Positions 19,251-27,383 of a DNA stretch of 50,319 nucleotides are shown piece by piece. The stretch lies in contig CAZPRI010000001.1 of NCBI GenBank assembly GCA_964589635.1, positions 1 through 50,319 on the forward strand. Direction: 5' to 3'. A model generated the notes under the pieces. The model was not told the origin of the DNA. It did no database searches and saw nothing but the letters and a program-made list of their open reading frames with translations. The DNA is from an uncultured Candidatus Saccharibacteria bacterium (GTDB lineage: Bacteria; Patescibacteriota; Minisyncoccia; Phycocordibacterales; JAACPR01). Both the position numbers and the translations under genes were made by a program. The number at the start of each line of letters is the position of its first letter. Position 1 is the first letter of the stretch.

Positions 19251-19703
19251 ATGACAAAGGCATTATTAAAAAATTATAGACAATCACCAAGAAAAGTAAG
19301 ACTAATTGCTGACTCTATTAGAGGTAAAAAAATTAACGATGCTTTAAATGCTCTACAATTTATGCCAAAAAGAGCTGCTGAACCTATGAAAAAACTTTTA
19401 GAATCAGCTATTGCTAATGCAAAAGATAATTCAGTTGATCTTACAGATTTAATAGTAAAAGAAATTACTGTTGATGATGGACCAACCCTAAAAAGATCAA
19501 TGCCAAAATGGAGAGGGACTGCTCACCCAATTAGAAAGAGAACTAGTCATGTTAATCTCTTTCTTGCCGTAAAAGAATCAAAAAAAGAAAATAAAAAATC
19601 TGAAATAAAGAAAGAAACTAAAGTTGTAGCAAAGAAAACAGTTAAAAAAGCTCCTGCTAAAAAAACTGTAGCTAAAAAGAAGATAAATAAAGATAAGAAA
19701 TAA
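19251..19703 (+). CDS. rplV: 50S ribosomal protein L22 (Lys-rich C-terminal extension)
   Basis: YRQSPRKVRLIADSIRGK is typical of L22; expected operon position. Confidence 0.93.
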   Translation: MTKALLKNYRQSPRKVRLIADSIRGKKINDALNALQFMPKRAAEPMKKLLESAIANAKDNSVDLTDLIVKEITVDDGPTLKRSMPKWRGTAHPIRKRTSHVNLFLAVKESKKENKKSEIKKETKVVAKKTVKKAPAKKTVAKKKINKDKK

Positions 19704-19706
19704 TTT

Positions 19707-20366
19707 ATGTCACATACAGTACACCCATATGCACACAGAATCGGAATACTAAGAGATTGGAAATCTCGATGGTTTGGTGATAATAAGAAGTACAGAGAAT
19801 ATCTAAAAGCAGATATTCTGATAAGGCTCTTCCTAGAAGAGAGACTTGCTGATATGCATGTTGCAGATATTATTATTGATAGAAGCAAAAAAGGACTACG
19901 ATTGATCATAAAATCTTCAAGGCCAGGTCTTATTATTGGTAGAAGTGGAGAAGGTCTAGAAAAAACAAGACTTGCTCTTGAAAAATTCATGAAGAAAAAA
20001 GATATTCATGATTCAGCTGCAGATTTAAAAATTGAAATAGAAGAGGTTAGATCACCAGAAGCTGATGCTAAATTGGTTGGTCTTATGGTAAAGGAGGCTA
20101 TTGAAAAGAGAATGGCATTCAGAAGAGTTTTAAAACAAACAGTAGACAAGGTGATGGCAAACAGAGAGGTTCAGGGAGTTAGGATTAGAATCGGAGGTAG
20201 ATTGAACGGAGCTGATATGGCTAGAACTGAAGAAATTAAGAAGGGTAGAATTCCTTTGCAAACACTAAGGGCAGACATTGATTTTGCTAGAGTAAGAGCA
20301 AATATCCCACAAGGAGTACTTGGTATTAAGGTGTGGATTTATAGAGGTGATATTTTTAACAAATAA
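19707..20366 (+). CDS. rpsC: 30S ribosomal protein S3
   Basis: KH-like N-terminal domain and GGRLNGADMARTE motif. Confidence 0.95.
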   Translation: MSHTVHPYAHRIGILRDWKSRWFGDNKKYREYLKADILIRLFLEERLADMHVADIIIDRSKKGLRLIIKSSRPGLIIGRSGEGLEKTRLALEKFMKKKDIHDSAADLKIEIEEVRSPEADAKLVGLMVKEAIEKRMAFRRVLKQTVDKVMANREVQGVRIRIGGRLNGADMARTEEIKKGRIPLQTLRADIDFARVRANIPQGVLGIKVWIYRGDIFNK

Positions 20367-20371
20367 GGCTT

Positions 20372-20794
20372 ATGTTATTCCCAAAGAAAGTAAAACACAG
20401 AAAATGGCAAACAGGTAGAATGAACGATGAGAAGCGGACAAGATCTTCTACTAAGGGAGCCTCAGTATCTTTTGGAGAGTTTGGTCTTAAAGCTATAACT
20501 CAAAAACGGGTTAAATCAAATCAGATCGAAGCAGGAAGAAGAGCTATGTCACGACATCTAGGAAAAGTTGGTAAGACATGGACTAGAATTTTCCCAGATA
20601 GACCTTTTACAAAAAAACCTTCTGAAGTGAAGATGGGAAAGGGAAAGGGAGACCCACAAGGATTTGAGGTTGATGTTTTTCCAGGAAGAATTATCTTCGA
20701 AGTCGACGGAGTACCTGAAGATGTTGCTAGAGAAGCTTTGAGAAAAGCAGGAACAAAGCTTCCAGTAAAGACTAAGATTGTTGCAAGAGATTAA
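20372..20794 (+). CDS. rplP: 50S ribosomal protein L16
   Basis: MLFPKKVKHRK start; 140 aa; expected operon position. Confidence 0.95.
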   Translation: MLFPKKVKHRKWQTGRMNDEKRTRSSTKGASVSFGEFGLKAITQKRVKSNQIEAGRRAMSRHLGKVGKTWTRIFPDRPFTKKPSEVKMGKGKGDPQGFEVDVFPGRIIFEVDGVPEDVAREALRKAGTKLPVKTKIVARD

Positions 20795-20818
20795 AAATTG
20801 TGTAAAGTAGTAAAGCTT

Positions 20819-21007
20819 ATGAAAGATCTTAAAAAAATGACAGAAGCAGATTTGAAGAAAAATTTGGAGGAGAAACGAAAATCTCTTATGGATTTGAGAT
20901 TCAATATGACTGGTTCAGCAAAAAGGGGTTCAAAGGAAGCATCTACTTTAAAAAGAGATATCGCAAAACTTCTTACAGAACAAGGTCTAAGAACTAAGAA
21001 ATCATAA
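20819..21007 (+). CDS. rpmC: 50S ribosomal protein L29
   Basis: [28 protein letters not shown] is typical of L29. The track start at TTG 20798 was trimmed to ATG 20819. Confidence 0.88.
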   Translation: MKDLKKMTEADLKKNLEEKRKSLMDLRFNMTGSAKRGSKEASTLKRDIAKLLTEQGLRTKKS

Positions 21008-21008
21008 T

Positions 21009-21275
21009 ATGAAATTAAAGAAAGATACAAAAGAAAAGGAGATGGTAAATTCAGGAAAAGTTCTTAGTGGTGTTGTTGTATCTGATAAGATGGATAAAAC
21101 GGTTGTTGTTGAGGTTCAAAGATATTTCAAACATCCTGTATACGGAAAGTTTGTAAAGATGAGAAAAAAATACAAGGCTCATGATGAGTTGAATGAAAAG
21201 AAAGTGGGGGACAAGGTAGAAATTGTAGAGACAAAACCTATCTCAAAAGATAAAAGATTTACAGTAAAGAAATAG
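21009..21275 (+). CDS. rpsQ: 30S ribosomal protein S17
   Basis: [16 protein letters not shown] motif. Confidence 0.93.
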   Translation: MKLKKDTKEKEMVNSGKVLSGVVVSDKMDKTVVVEVQRYFKHPVYGKFVKMRKKYKAHDELNEKKVGDKVEIVETKPISKDKRFTVKK

Positions 21276-21278
21276 CTT

Positions 21279-21650
21279 ATGTTACAAACACAATCAATAG
21301 TAATAATCACAGATAACTCAGGAGCCAAAATTGGTAGAATTTTTAAAGTTCTTGGAGGATCAAAAAGAAGATATGCTCAAATAGGAGATCTTGTGGTACT
21401 TTCTGTACAAAAGGCAGAGCCAAGAAAATCTATCAAGAAGAAAGATGTTGTTGTTGGTGTTGTTGTAAGACAGAAGAAAGCTTTTAGAAGAAAAGATGGT
21501 TCTTATATTAGATTTGATGAAAACTCAGTAGTGATTGTTAACAAGGAATCAAAAGAACCAGTTGCGAACAGAGTTTTTGGACCAGTTCCAAGAGAACTAT
21601 CTGAGATGGGTTACCAAAAGATATCAGGTATGGCACCAGAAGTAATTTAA
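21279..21650 (+). CDS. rplN: 50S ribosomal protein L14
   Basis: MLQTQSIVIITDNSGAK start; 123 aa. Confidence 0.96.
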   Translation: MLQTQSIVIITDNSGAKIGRIFKVLGGSKRRYAQIGDLVVLSVQKAEPRKSIKKKDVVVGVVVRQKKAFRRKDGSYIRFDENSVVIVNKESKEPVANRVFGPVPRELSEMGYQKISGMAPEVI

Positions 21651-21659
21651 TAAGATATT

Positions 21660-21971
21660 ATGAAAATCAAGAAAGGAGACAATGTAATAGTGTTAACAGG
21701 AAAAGATAAGGGTAAAACTGGAAAGGTTTTAAAGGCTCTTCCTCTTGATGGTAAAGTTATTATTGAAGGTATTAACATTTCAAAAAAACACTCAAAAAAT
21801 AGATTTTCTGGAGACAAGAAGGGTGAAATTATTGAGATTACTATGCCAATAGAAGTTTCAAACGTTGCTATTTTAGACCCAAAAGACAAAAAACCTACAA
21901 GAATTGGTTATAAGGTTGTTGATGGTAAAAAAATTAGAATTGCCAAGAGATCAGGACAAGAAATTAAATAG
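21660..21971 (+). CDS. rplX: 50S ribosomal protein L24
   Basis: KIKKGDNVIVLTGKDKGKTGKV KOW motif. Confidence 0.94.
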   Translation: MKIKKGDNVIVLTGKDKGKTGKVLKALPLDGKVIIEGINISKKHSKNRFSGDKKGEIIEITMPIEVSNVAILDPKDKKPTRIGYKVVDGKKIRIAKRSGQEIK

Positions 21972-21996
21972 AGCAAATCATTTTAAATAAAATATC

Positions 21997-22545
21997 ATGG
22001 AAAAAATTATAGACAAACAAAAAAAAGCATTTGAAGCACTGAAAGACAAATTTGGATATACAAATGTTATGCAAGCACCAAAACTTGAGAAAGTTGTTGT
22101 ATCTGTTGGAGTTGGTTCAATTGTTACAGACAAAAGAAAGGTTCAACTTATTCCAGAAAAACTTGAAAAGATAACAGGACAAAAGGCTCTTATGAGACCA
22201 GCAAAGAAGTCTATTGCTACTTTCAAGGTTAGAGAAGGTCAGGTGTCTGGTTACCAGACAACACTACGAGGTAAAATGATGACAGACTTCCTTGATAAGC
22301 TTGTAAACGTTGCCTTGCCTCGAACTAGGGACTTTAGAGGGATAAAAAGAGAGGGAGCTGATGAAATGGGTAACTACTCATTAGGAATCAAGGAGAACTC
22401 AATTTTCCCAGAAACTTCAGATGAGGACATTAGAGATATTTTTGGTATGTCTATTACAATAGTAACTTCTGCAAAGAGTGAAAAAGAAGTTGTCGCCTTT
22501 CTTGAATTCCTAGGATTCCCATTCAAAAAAGAAGAACAAGCATAA
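21997..22545 (+). CDS. rplE: 50S ribosomal protein L5
   Basis: NVMQAPKLEKVVVSVGVG and the LPRTRDFRG motif. Confidence 0.95.
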   Translation: MEKIIDKQKKAFEALKDKFGYTNVMQAPKLEKVVVSVGVGSIVTDKRKVQLIPEKLEKITGQKALMRPAKKSIATFKVREGQVSGYQTTLRGKMMTDFLDKLVNVALPRTRDFRGIKREGADEMGNYSLGIKENSIFPETSDEDIRDIFGMSITIVTSAKSEKEVVAFLEFLGFPFKKEEQA

Positions 22546-22564
22546 AATTTTAATAAGAAATAGA

Positions 22565-22600
22565 AAACACCGTACTTGTCCCACAAGTACGGTGTTTTTA
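22565..22600 (+). terminator. Rho-independent terminator after rplE
   Basis: ACACCGTACTTGT-CCC-ACAAGTACGGTGT followed by TTTT. Confidence 0.85.
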
Positions 22601-22621
22601 AAACAGTCTTAAACTAGGGTT

Positions 22622-22906
22622 TCATTGTCTACAACCCTTGTTAGAGTCTACAACCCTTGTTAGACCTCCAATTTTATTCCGAATAATCAATTCAGAAAGT
22701 GACCAGTCCTCATTTACGAGACTCAGTAGTCTATGGGGCGTACCCTGAATACTTGTATGAGTCGCTACACCCTCTTCTTCTGTTGAGATTCCAATCAAGA
22801 TTGGAATACTGCTGGGTGAGAATGATAAGGCCATAAGTCTTTTCCTAAGTCTCCTCAGACAAAGATCGGATTTCTTGCTGTTTTTTTCTACAATTGTGTA
22901 TTTCAT
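22622..22906 (-). CDS. Questionable 94-aa ORF in a GC-elevated segment (could instead be non-coding)
   Basis: ORF track only. Its last 14 codons are the tandem repeat, it holds a perfect 20-bp palindrome at 22788-22807, and no family was recognised. Confidence 0.3.
   Translation of the reverse strand: MKYTIVEKNSKKSDLCLRRLRKRLMALSFSPSSIPILIGISTEEEGVATHTSIQGTPHRLLSLVNEDWSLSELIIRNKIGGLTRVVDSNKGCRQ
22627..22664. repeat. Perfect tandem duplication of a 19-bp near-palindromic unit
   Basis: GTCTACAACCCTTGTTAGA at 22627-22645 and again at 22646-22664. Confidence 0.95.
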
Positions 22907-22949
22907 TTTTTTGTGTTCTGTCCCAAATAGGATGTTACCACCTTTAGGT

Positions 22950-22982
22950 TAAAAGAAAAGGCCGAAGCGAAGCTTCGGCCTT
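22950..22982 (-). terminator. Rho-independent terminator for the minus-strand 91-aa gene
   Basis: AAGGCCGAAGC-GAA-GCTTCGGCCTT, with a T-run on the minus strand (complement of AAAAGAAAA). Confidence 0.75.
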
Positions 22983-22985
22983 AAT

Positions 22986-23261
22986 CTACCTTAGGATGAT
23001 TTCAATCATCAAACCAGTACTAGGAAACCTTTTTAGGGGTATTTCGCCTATAATGATATCCAGTGCCTGTCTGAATGTCTCTAGGATAGAGTAGGGTGCT
23101 CCTACAAAATCTGTTTCAGTATTATCAGTCAAATCTCTGATTGAAAGAGTTACTTCAGAGTCTGGATGCTCCTCCTTTAGTTCTCGAAGTCTTAATAAGA
23201 CTTCTTCAGAATCATCAGATTTTAATTTTCCTGAGGTATATTCGAGTACGTATTTGTCCAT
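22986..23261 (-). CDS. Hypothetical acidic 91-aa protein
   Basis: ORF with its own terminator immediately downstream; no recognisable domain. Confidence 0.5.
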   Translation of the reverse strand: MDKYVLEYTSGKLKSDDSEEVLLRLRELKEEHPDSEVTLSIRDLTDNTETDFVGAPYSILETFRQALDIIIGEIPLKRFPSTGLMIEIILR

Positions 23262-23434
23262 GTTTGGTTTATCCTTTCTACCTTACATAATATTCATTTA
23301 TGTAAAAAAGTAAATATATGGTTTATTTTATTTAATCACCCCTAATAAGTTCTTCTTATTAAGCCTTTATTTTAAACAAATAATAACCAAATTAGATTTA
23401 TACTTTATTGATATATTTAAAACCTATAAAAGCG

Positions 23435-23463
23435 TTGACTTTTATAATGTGCCCTGCTAATAT
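23435..23463 (+). promoter_or_regulatory. Candidate promoter for rpsN-secY unit
   Basis: TTGACT (23435-23440), 17-nt spacer ending TGC, TAATAT (23458-23463). Confidence 0.55.
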
Positions 23464-23499
23464 ACCAGAACCCAATTTAAGGGCTTTTATTTTTTGAAT

Positions 23500-23685
23500 A
23501 TGGCAAAAAAATCAGTAATCGCAAGAGCAAAAAAAACACCTAAGTTTCAAAGCCGAGTCGTAAGACGGTGCTTTAAATGTGGAAGAAAAAGTGGATACAT
23601 GAGAGACTTCGATATGTGTAGAATTTGTTTTAGAGAATTAGCTAACGAAGGTAAGATCCCAGGAATTAAAAAATCATCATGGTAG
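23500..23685 (+). CDS. rpsN: 30S ribosomal protein S14, short Zn-ribbon type
   Basis: [12 protein letters not shown] start and [25 protein letters not shown] (CxxC...CxxC). Confidence 0.93.
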   Translation: MAKKSVIARAKKTPKFQSRVVRRCFKCGRKSGYMRDFDMCRICFRELANEGKIPGIKKSSW

Positions 23686-24071
23686 GAGATAAAATTTCAA
23701 ACTTAATAATAGGTCTAAAAAATGCTTACAATGCTAAGCACACTACTTTTGAACTTCCTTATACTAAAATGAACGAATCTATTTTAGAGGCTCTTAAAAA
23801 ACAAGGTTTTGTTTCTGACTTCAAACAAAAGGGAAAGGACCTTAAGAAAGAACTGTCTGTAACTTTAAAATATAAAGAAGGTGAAGCAGCTGTAACAGAC
23901 GTAAGAAGAGTTTCAAAGCAATCAAAGAGAGTTTATCTTGGATATAGAGATATTGTTCCAGTTAGACAAGGCTATGGAGTTACTATCATTTCAACACCAG
24001 CAGGTGTTATGACAGGAAAGGAAGCAAAGACTAAAAAACTTGGAGGAGAAGAATTATTTAAAATTTGGTAA
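23679..24071 (+). CDS. rpsH: 30S ribosomal protein S8
   Basis: [14 protein letters not shown]-terminus; 130 aa; ATGGTAG overlap with the rpsN stop. Confidence 0.93.
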   Translation: MVGDKISNLIIGLKNAYNAKHTTFELPYTKMNESILEALKKQGFVSDFKQKGKDLKKELSVTLKYKEGEAAVTDVRRVSKQSKRVYLGYRDIVPVRQGYGVTIISTPAGVMTGKEAKTKKLGGEELFKIW

Positions 24072-24078
24072 TTATATT

Positions 24079-24612
24079 ATGTCTAGAATTGGAAAAAAAC
24101 CTATCGATATACCAGAAAAGACAGAAGTAACTGTTGAAGGTAATTTGATTACAGTAAAAGGGCCTCTAGGAGTTCTTACAAGAACTTTTAACAAGTTTGT
24201 GACCGTAGAAGTAAAAGATGGACAAGCTATCGTCTCTCCTGTTGGTGAATCAATCAAATCAAGAGCTTTTTGGGGAACATATGCATCACACATTAAAAAT
24301 ATGGTTGATGGTGTAAACCAAGCTTTTGTTAAGGAGCTTATTGTTGAAGGTGTGGGATATAAGTGGGCAGTACAAGGAGACAAAATTGTATTGAATATTG
24401 GTTTTTCACATCCTGTAGAATTATCTATTCCAGAAGGAATAACATGTGAAGTAGAAAAGAACAATCTTAAGATTTCAGGTACTGATAAAGAAAAGGTTGG
24501 AGAACTAGCTGCAACTATTAGATCAAAGAAAAAGCCAGAACCTTATAAAGGTAAAGGTATTAGATATGCTGGTGAAATTATTAGAAGAAAGGAAGGTAAG
24601 AAAGCCGCATAA
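24079..24612 (+). CDS. rplF: 50S ribosomal protein L6
   Basis: MSRIGKKPIDIPEKTEV start. The track ORF start at 24040 overlaps rpsH and was trimmed. Confidence 0.94.
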   Translation: MSRIGKKPIDIPEKTEVTVEGNLITVKGPLGVLTRTFNKFVTVEVKDGQAIVSPVGESIKSRAFWGTYASHIKNMVDGVNQAFVKELIVEGVGYKWAVQGDKIVLNIGFSHPVELSIPEGITCEVEKNNLKISGTDKEKVGELAATIRSKKKPEPYKGKGIRYAGEIIRRKEGKKAA

Positions 24613-24621
24613 TAATTACTT

Positions 24622-24966
24622 ATGAATAAAACAAGAACAGAAAGAAGAAAAATAAGACAAAGAAGAGTACGATCAAAAGTTCAAGGTACTTCTGTTAAGC
24701 CACGACTGTCTGTGTTCAAATCAAACACTGCTGTTTATGCTCAAATAATTGATGATGAAAAAAAAGTAACATTAGCTGCTTGTGACTCAAGAAAAATTGA
24801 AGGAGAAGATATGACAGATAAAGCAAAAAAGGTTGGTGCTTCTGTTGCAAATGATTTACTTGCTAAAAAGATTGACACTGTTGTTTTTGACAGAGCGGGT
24901 TACAGATTCACTGGAATTGTGAAAAGTTTAGCAGATGGAGCCAGAGAAGCTGGACTAAAATTTTAA
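24622..24966 (+). CDS. rplR: 50S ribosomal protein L18
   Basis: RRKIRQRRVRSKVQGTSVKPRLSVFKSN is typical of L18. Confidence 0.94.
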   Translation: MNKTRTERRKIRQRRVRSKVQGTSVKPRLSVFKSNTAVYAQIIDDEKKVTLAACDSRKIEGEDMTDKAKKVGASVANDLLAKKIDTVVFDRAGYRFTGIVKSLADGAREAGLKF

Positions 24967-24971
24967 ATATT

Positions 24972-25607
24972 ATGACTGATGTTATTGAAAAAAAAGAAAT
25001 AGAAACAAAAACACCTCAAACTGGAGCTACACCAGAAAGAAGTTCTACTTTTAAAAGAGAGGAGGGTGGAAGAAGAGTTTTTACAAAAAATAGAAGAAAA
25101 AATAATAAGAGAAGAGAAAGACCAAGATCAGAATTTGATCAAAAAATTCTTGGAATTAGAAGAGTTACAAGAGTGTCATCAGGTGGAAGAAGATTCTCAT
25201 TTTCTGTAACAATGGCAATTGGTGATAAGAAAGGAAGAATCGGTATTGGAACAGGTAAAGCTGGAGATACTGCACTAGCTATCGAAAAAGCAACAAGATC
25301 TGCCAAAAAGAATCTCTTGACTATTAAAATGACAGACAACAATTCAATCCCACATGAAGTAACTGCAAAATACTGTAGTGCAAAAGTTCTTCTTATTCCA
25401 GCAAGAGATAGAGGAATTATTGCTGGTTCTGTTGTTAGAGATATCATTAACCTATCTGGACTTCAAGATATTAACGGAAAAATTATTTCAGGAACAAAAA
25501 ATAAACTAAATATTGCCAGAGCAACTATAAAGGCTTTGGAAATGCTTAAAAATCCTTTTAATCCAAAAAAGGTTGTGGCAGTAAAAAGAGTAGATAACAA
25601 AAAATAG
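24972..25607 (+). CDS. rpsE: 30S ribosomal protein S5 (N-terminal basic extension)
   Basis: RVTRVSSGGRRFSFSVTMAIGDKKGRIGIGTGKA core. Confidence 0.94.
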   Translation: MTDVIEKKEIETKTPQTGATPERSSTFKREEGGRRVFTKNRRKNNKRRERPRSEFDQKILGIRRVTRVSSGGRRFSFSVTMAIGDKKGRIGIGTGKAGDTALAIEKATRSAKKNLLTIKMTDNNSIPHEVTAKYCSAKVLLIPARDRGIIAGSVVRDIINLSGLQDINGKIISGTKNKLNIARATIKALEMLKNPFNPKKVVAVKRVDNKK

Positions 25608-25608
25608 T

Positions 25609-26055
25609 ATGCAAATACATCAAGTAAAAAGAAATACAAAGAATGCTAAATCTACAAGAATAGGTAGAGGTGGTAAAAGAGGTAAAACTTCTGGTAGAGG
25701 ACACAAGGGTCAAAGACAACATGGAGGACATGGAGTTAGACCTGAAATGAGAGATATAATCAAGAAACTTCCTAAACTAAGAGGTAGAGGTGTTAATTCA
25801 AACAAGAGTATTAAACTAGAATCTACTCCAATAAACCTAACTTTAATTCAAGATAATTTTGAAGATAATAAAATTGTTTCTCCAAAGACTCTTTTCACAA
25901 AAGGGCTTGTAAGGAAAGTTTCAGGAAAGCTTCCAGTTGTTAAAGTTCTAGGAAACGGAGATATCAAAAACAAAGTAACTGTTACAGATTGTCTCATCTC
26001 AGTATCAGCAAAAGAAAAAATTGAAAAAGCTGGTGGTAAGGTTATACTTAAATAG
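25609..26055 (+). CDS. rplO: 50S ribosomal protein L15
   Basis: RIGRGGKRGKTSGRGHKGQ motif. Starts 2 nt after the rpsE stop, leaving no room for rpmD. Confidence 0.94.
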   Translation: MQIHQVKRNTKNAKSTRIGRGGKRGKTSGRGHKGQRQHGGHGVRPEMRDIIKKLPKLRGRGVNSNKSIKLESTPINLTLIQDNFEDNKIVSPKTLFTKGLVRKVSGKLPVVKVLGNGDIKNKVTVTDCLISVSAKEKIEKAGGKVILK

Positions 26056-26058
26056 CTT

Positions 26059-27336
26059 ATGATTAAAAGATTTTTTGAAAAACTAAGACTTCTGACAAAA
26101 GACAGAGATCTTAGAAATAAAGTGTTTTTTGTACTTGGTGCTTTGTTAGTGTTTAGAGTTCTTGCTTCAATCCCAATTCCTGGAGTTGATCAAGCAGCTT
26201 TGAATAGCTTTTTTGCAAGTAATCAATTCCTATCTCTATTGAATGTATTTTCAGGTGGAGGACTATCTGCACTTTCAATCGTTATGCTTGGAGTTGGTCC
26301 ATACATTACCGCTTCAATTATTATGCAGTTGCTGACTATTATTTCACCGAAAGTTAAGGAGGCTTTTCAAGAGAATGGTGCTGAAGGAAGAAAGAAAATG
26401 TCTAACTACTCAAGACTTTTGACATTACCTTTAGCCACAATTCAAGCTTTCAGTTTTATTATTATTCTTCAACAACAAGGAATAATTGCTCAAATCACTG
26501 GCCTTTCTCTTGTTGCAAACATAGTAGTTGTAACAGCTGGTTCACTTCTTCTAATGTGGATCGGAGAACTTATCACTGAGTTTGGTGTCGGGAACGGTGT
26601 TTCACTAATTATTTTTGCTGGTATAGTTGCGGGGTTGCCTTCTTCAATTCAGCAAGCTTTGGTTACATATGATCCATCACAAATACCAACATATTTCGCA
26701 TTCATAATGGTTGCGATTGTAACTATTATTGGCGTTGTGGTTATCACAGAAGCAGAAAGACCTATTCCTGTTACATACGCAAGACAGGTTAGGGCTCAGG
26801 GTTCAACAGCCGGAGGGCAGACAACATATCTTCCACTTAGATTAAATCAAGCAGGAGTTATTCCGATTATTTTTGCTCTTTCAATGCTACTTCTTCCACA
26901 AATGGTTTTCACTTTTCTTCAAGGAGTAAGCAATGAAATGGTAAGTTCATTTGCCGCTAGTGCAAGTGCATTCTTAACAAATCAACTAACATATGGGATC
27001 ACATACTTTATATTAGTTTTCTTGTTCACATATTTCTATACAGCAGTTACTTTTGATCCAGATAATGTTTCAAAGAACTTACAGAGAAGCGGTGGTTTTA
27101 TTCCTGGAGTTAGACCTGGAGAAGCTACAAGTGAACACATTTCAAATGTACTTTCAAGAATTACATTTTTTGGGGCATTGTTTCTTGGATTAGTTGCAGT
27201 TCTCCCTTTGGTTGTTCAATCATTGACTGGAATAACATCTTTGACTGTTGGTGGTACAGCACTTCTAATTGCAGTATCTGTAATCATTGATCTTTTGAAA
27301 AAAGTAGATGGACAAGTTTCTTTGAGAGAGTATTAA
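26059..27336 (+). CDS. secY: Preprotein translocase subunit SecY
   Basis: 425 aa, about 10 TM segments, IPIPGVD and GVGNGVSLIIFAGI motifs. Confidence 0.96.
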   Translation: MIKRFFEKLRLLTKDRDLRNKVFFVLGALLVFRVLASIPIPGVDQAALNSFFASNQFLSLLNVFSGGGLSALSIVMLGVGPYITASIIMQLLTIISPKVKEAFQENGAEGRKKMSNYSRLLTLPLATIQAFSFIIILQQQGIIAQITGLSLVANIVVVTAGSLLLMWIGELITEFGVGNGVSLIIFAGIVAGLPSSIQQALVTYDPSQIPTYFAFIMVAIVTIIGVVVITEAERPIPVTYARQVRAQGSTAGGQTTYLPLRLNQAGVIPIIFALSMLLLPQMVFTFLQGVSNEMVSSFAASASAFLTNQLTYGITYFILVFLFTYFYTAVTFDPDNVSKNLQRSGGFIPGVRPGEATSEHISNVLSRITFFGALFLGLVAVLPLVVQSLTGITSLTVGGTALLIAVSVIIDLLKKVDGQVSLREY

Positions 27337-27383
27337 GGATAAGCAAAATCATTATTAAAAAAGTAATAAAATTAATTACAGTA

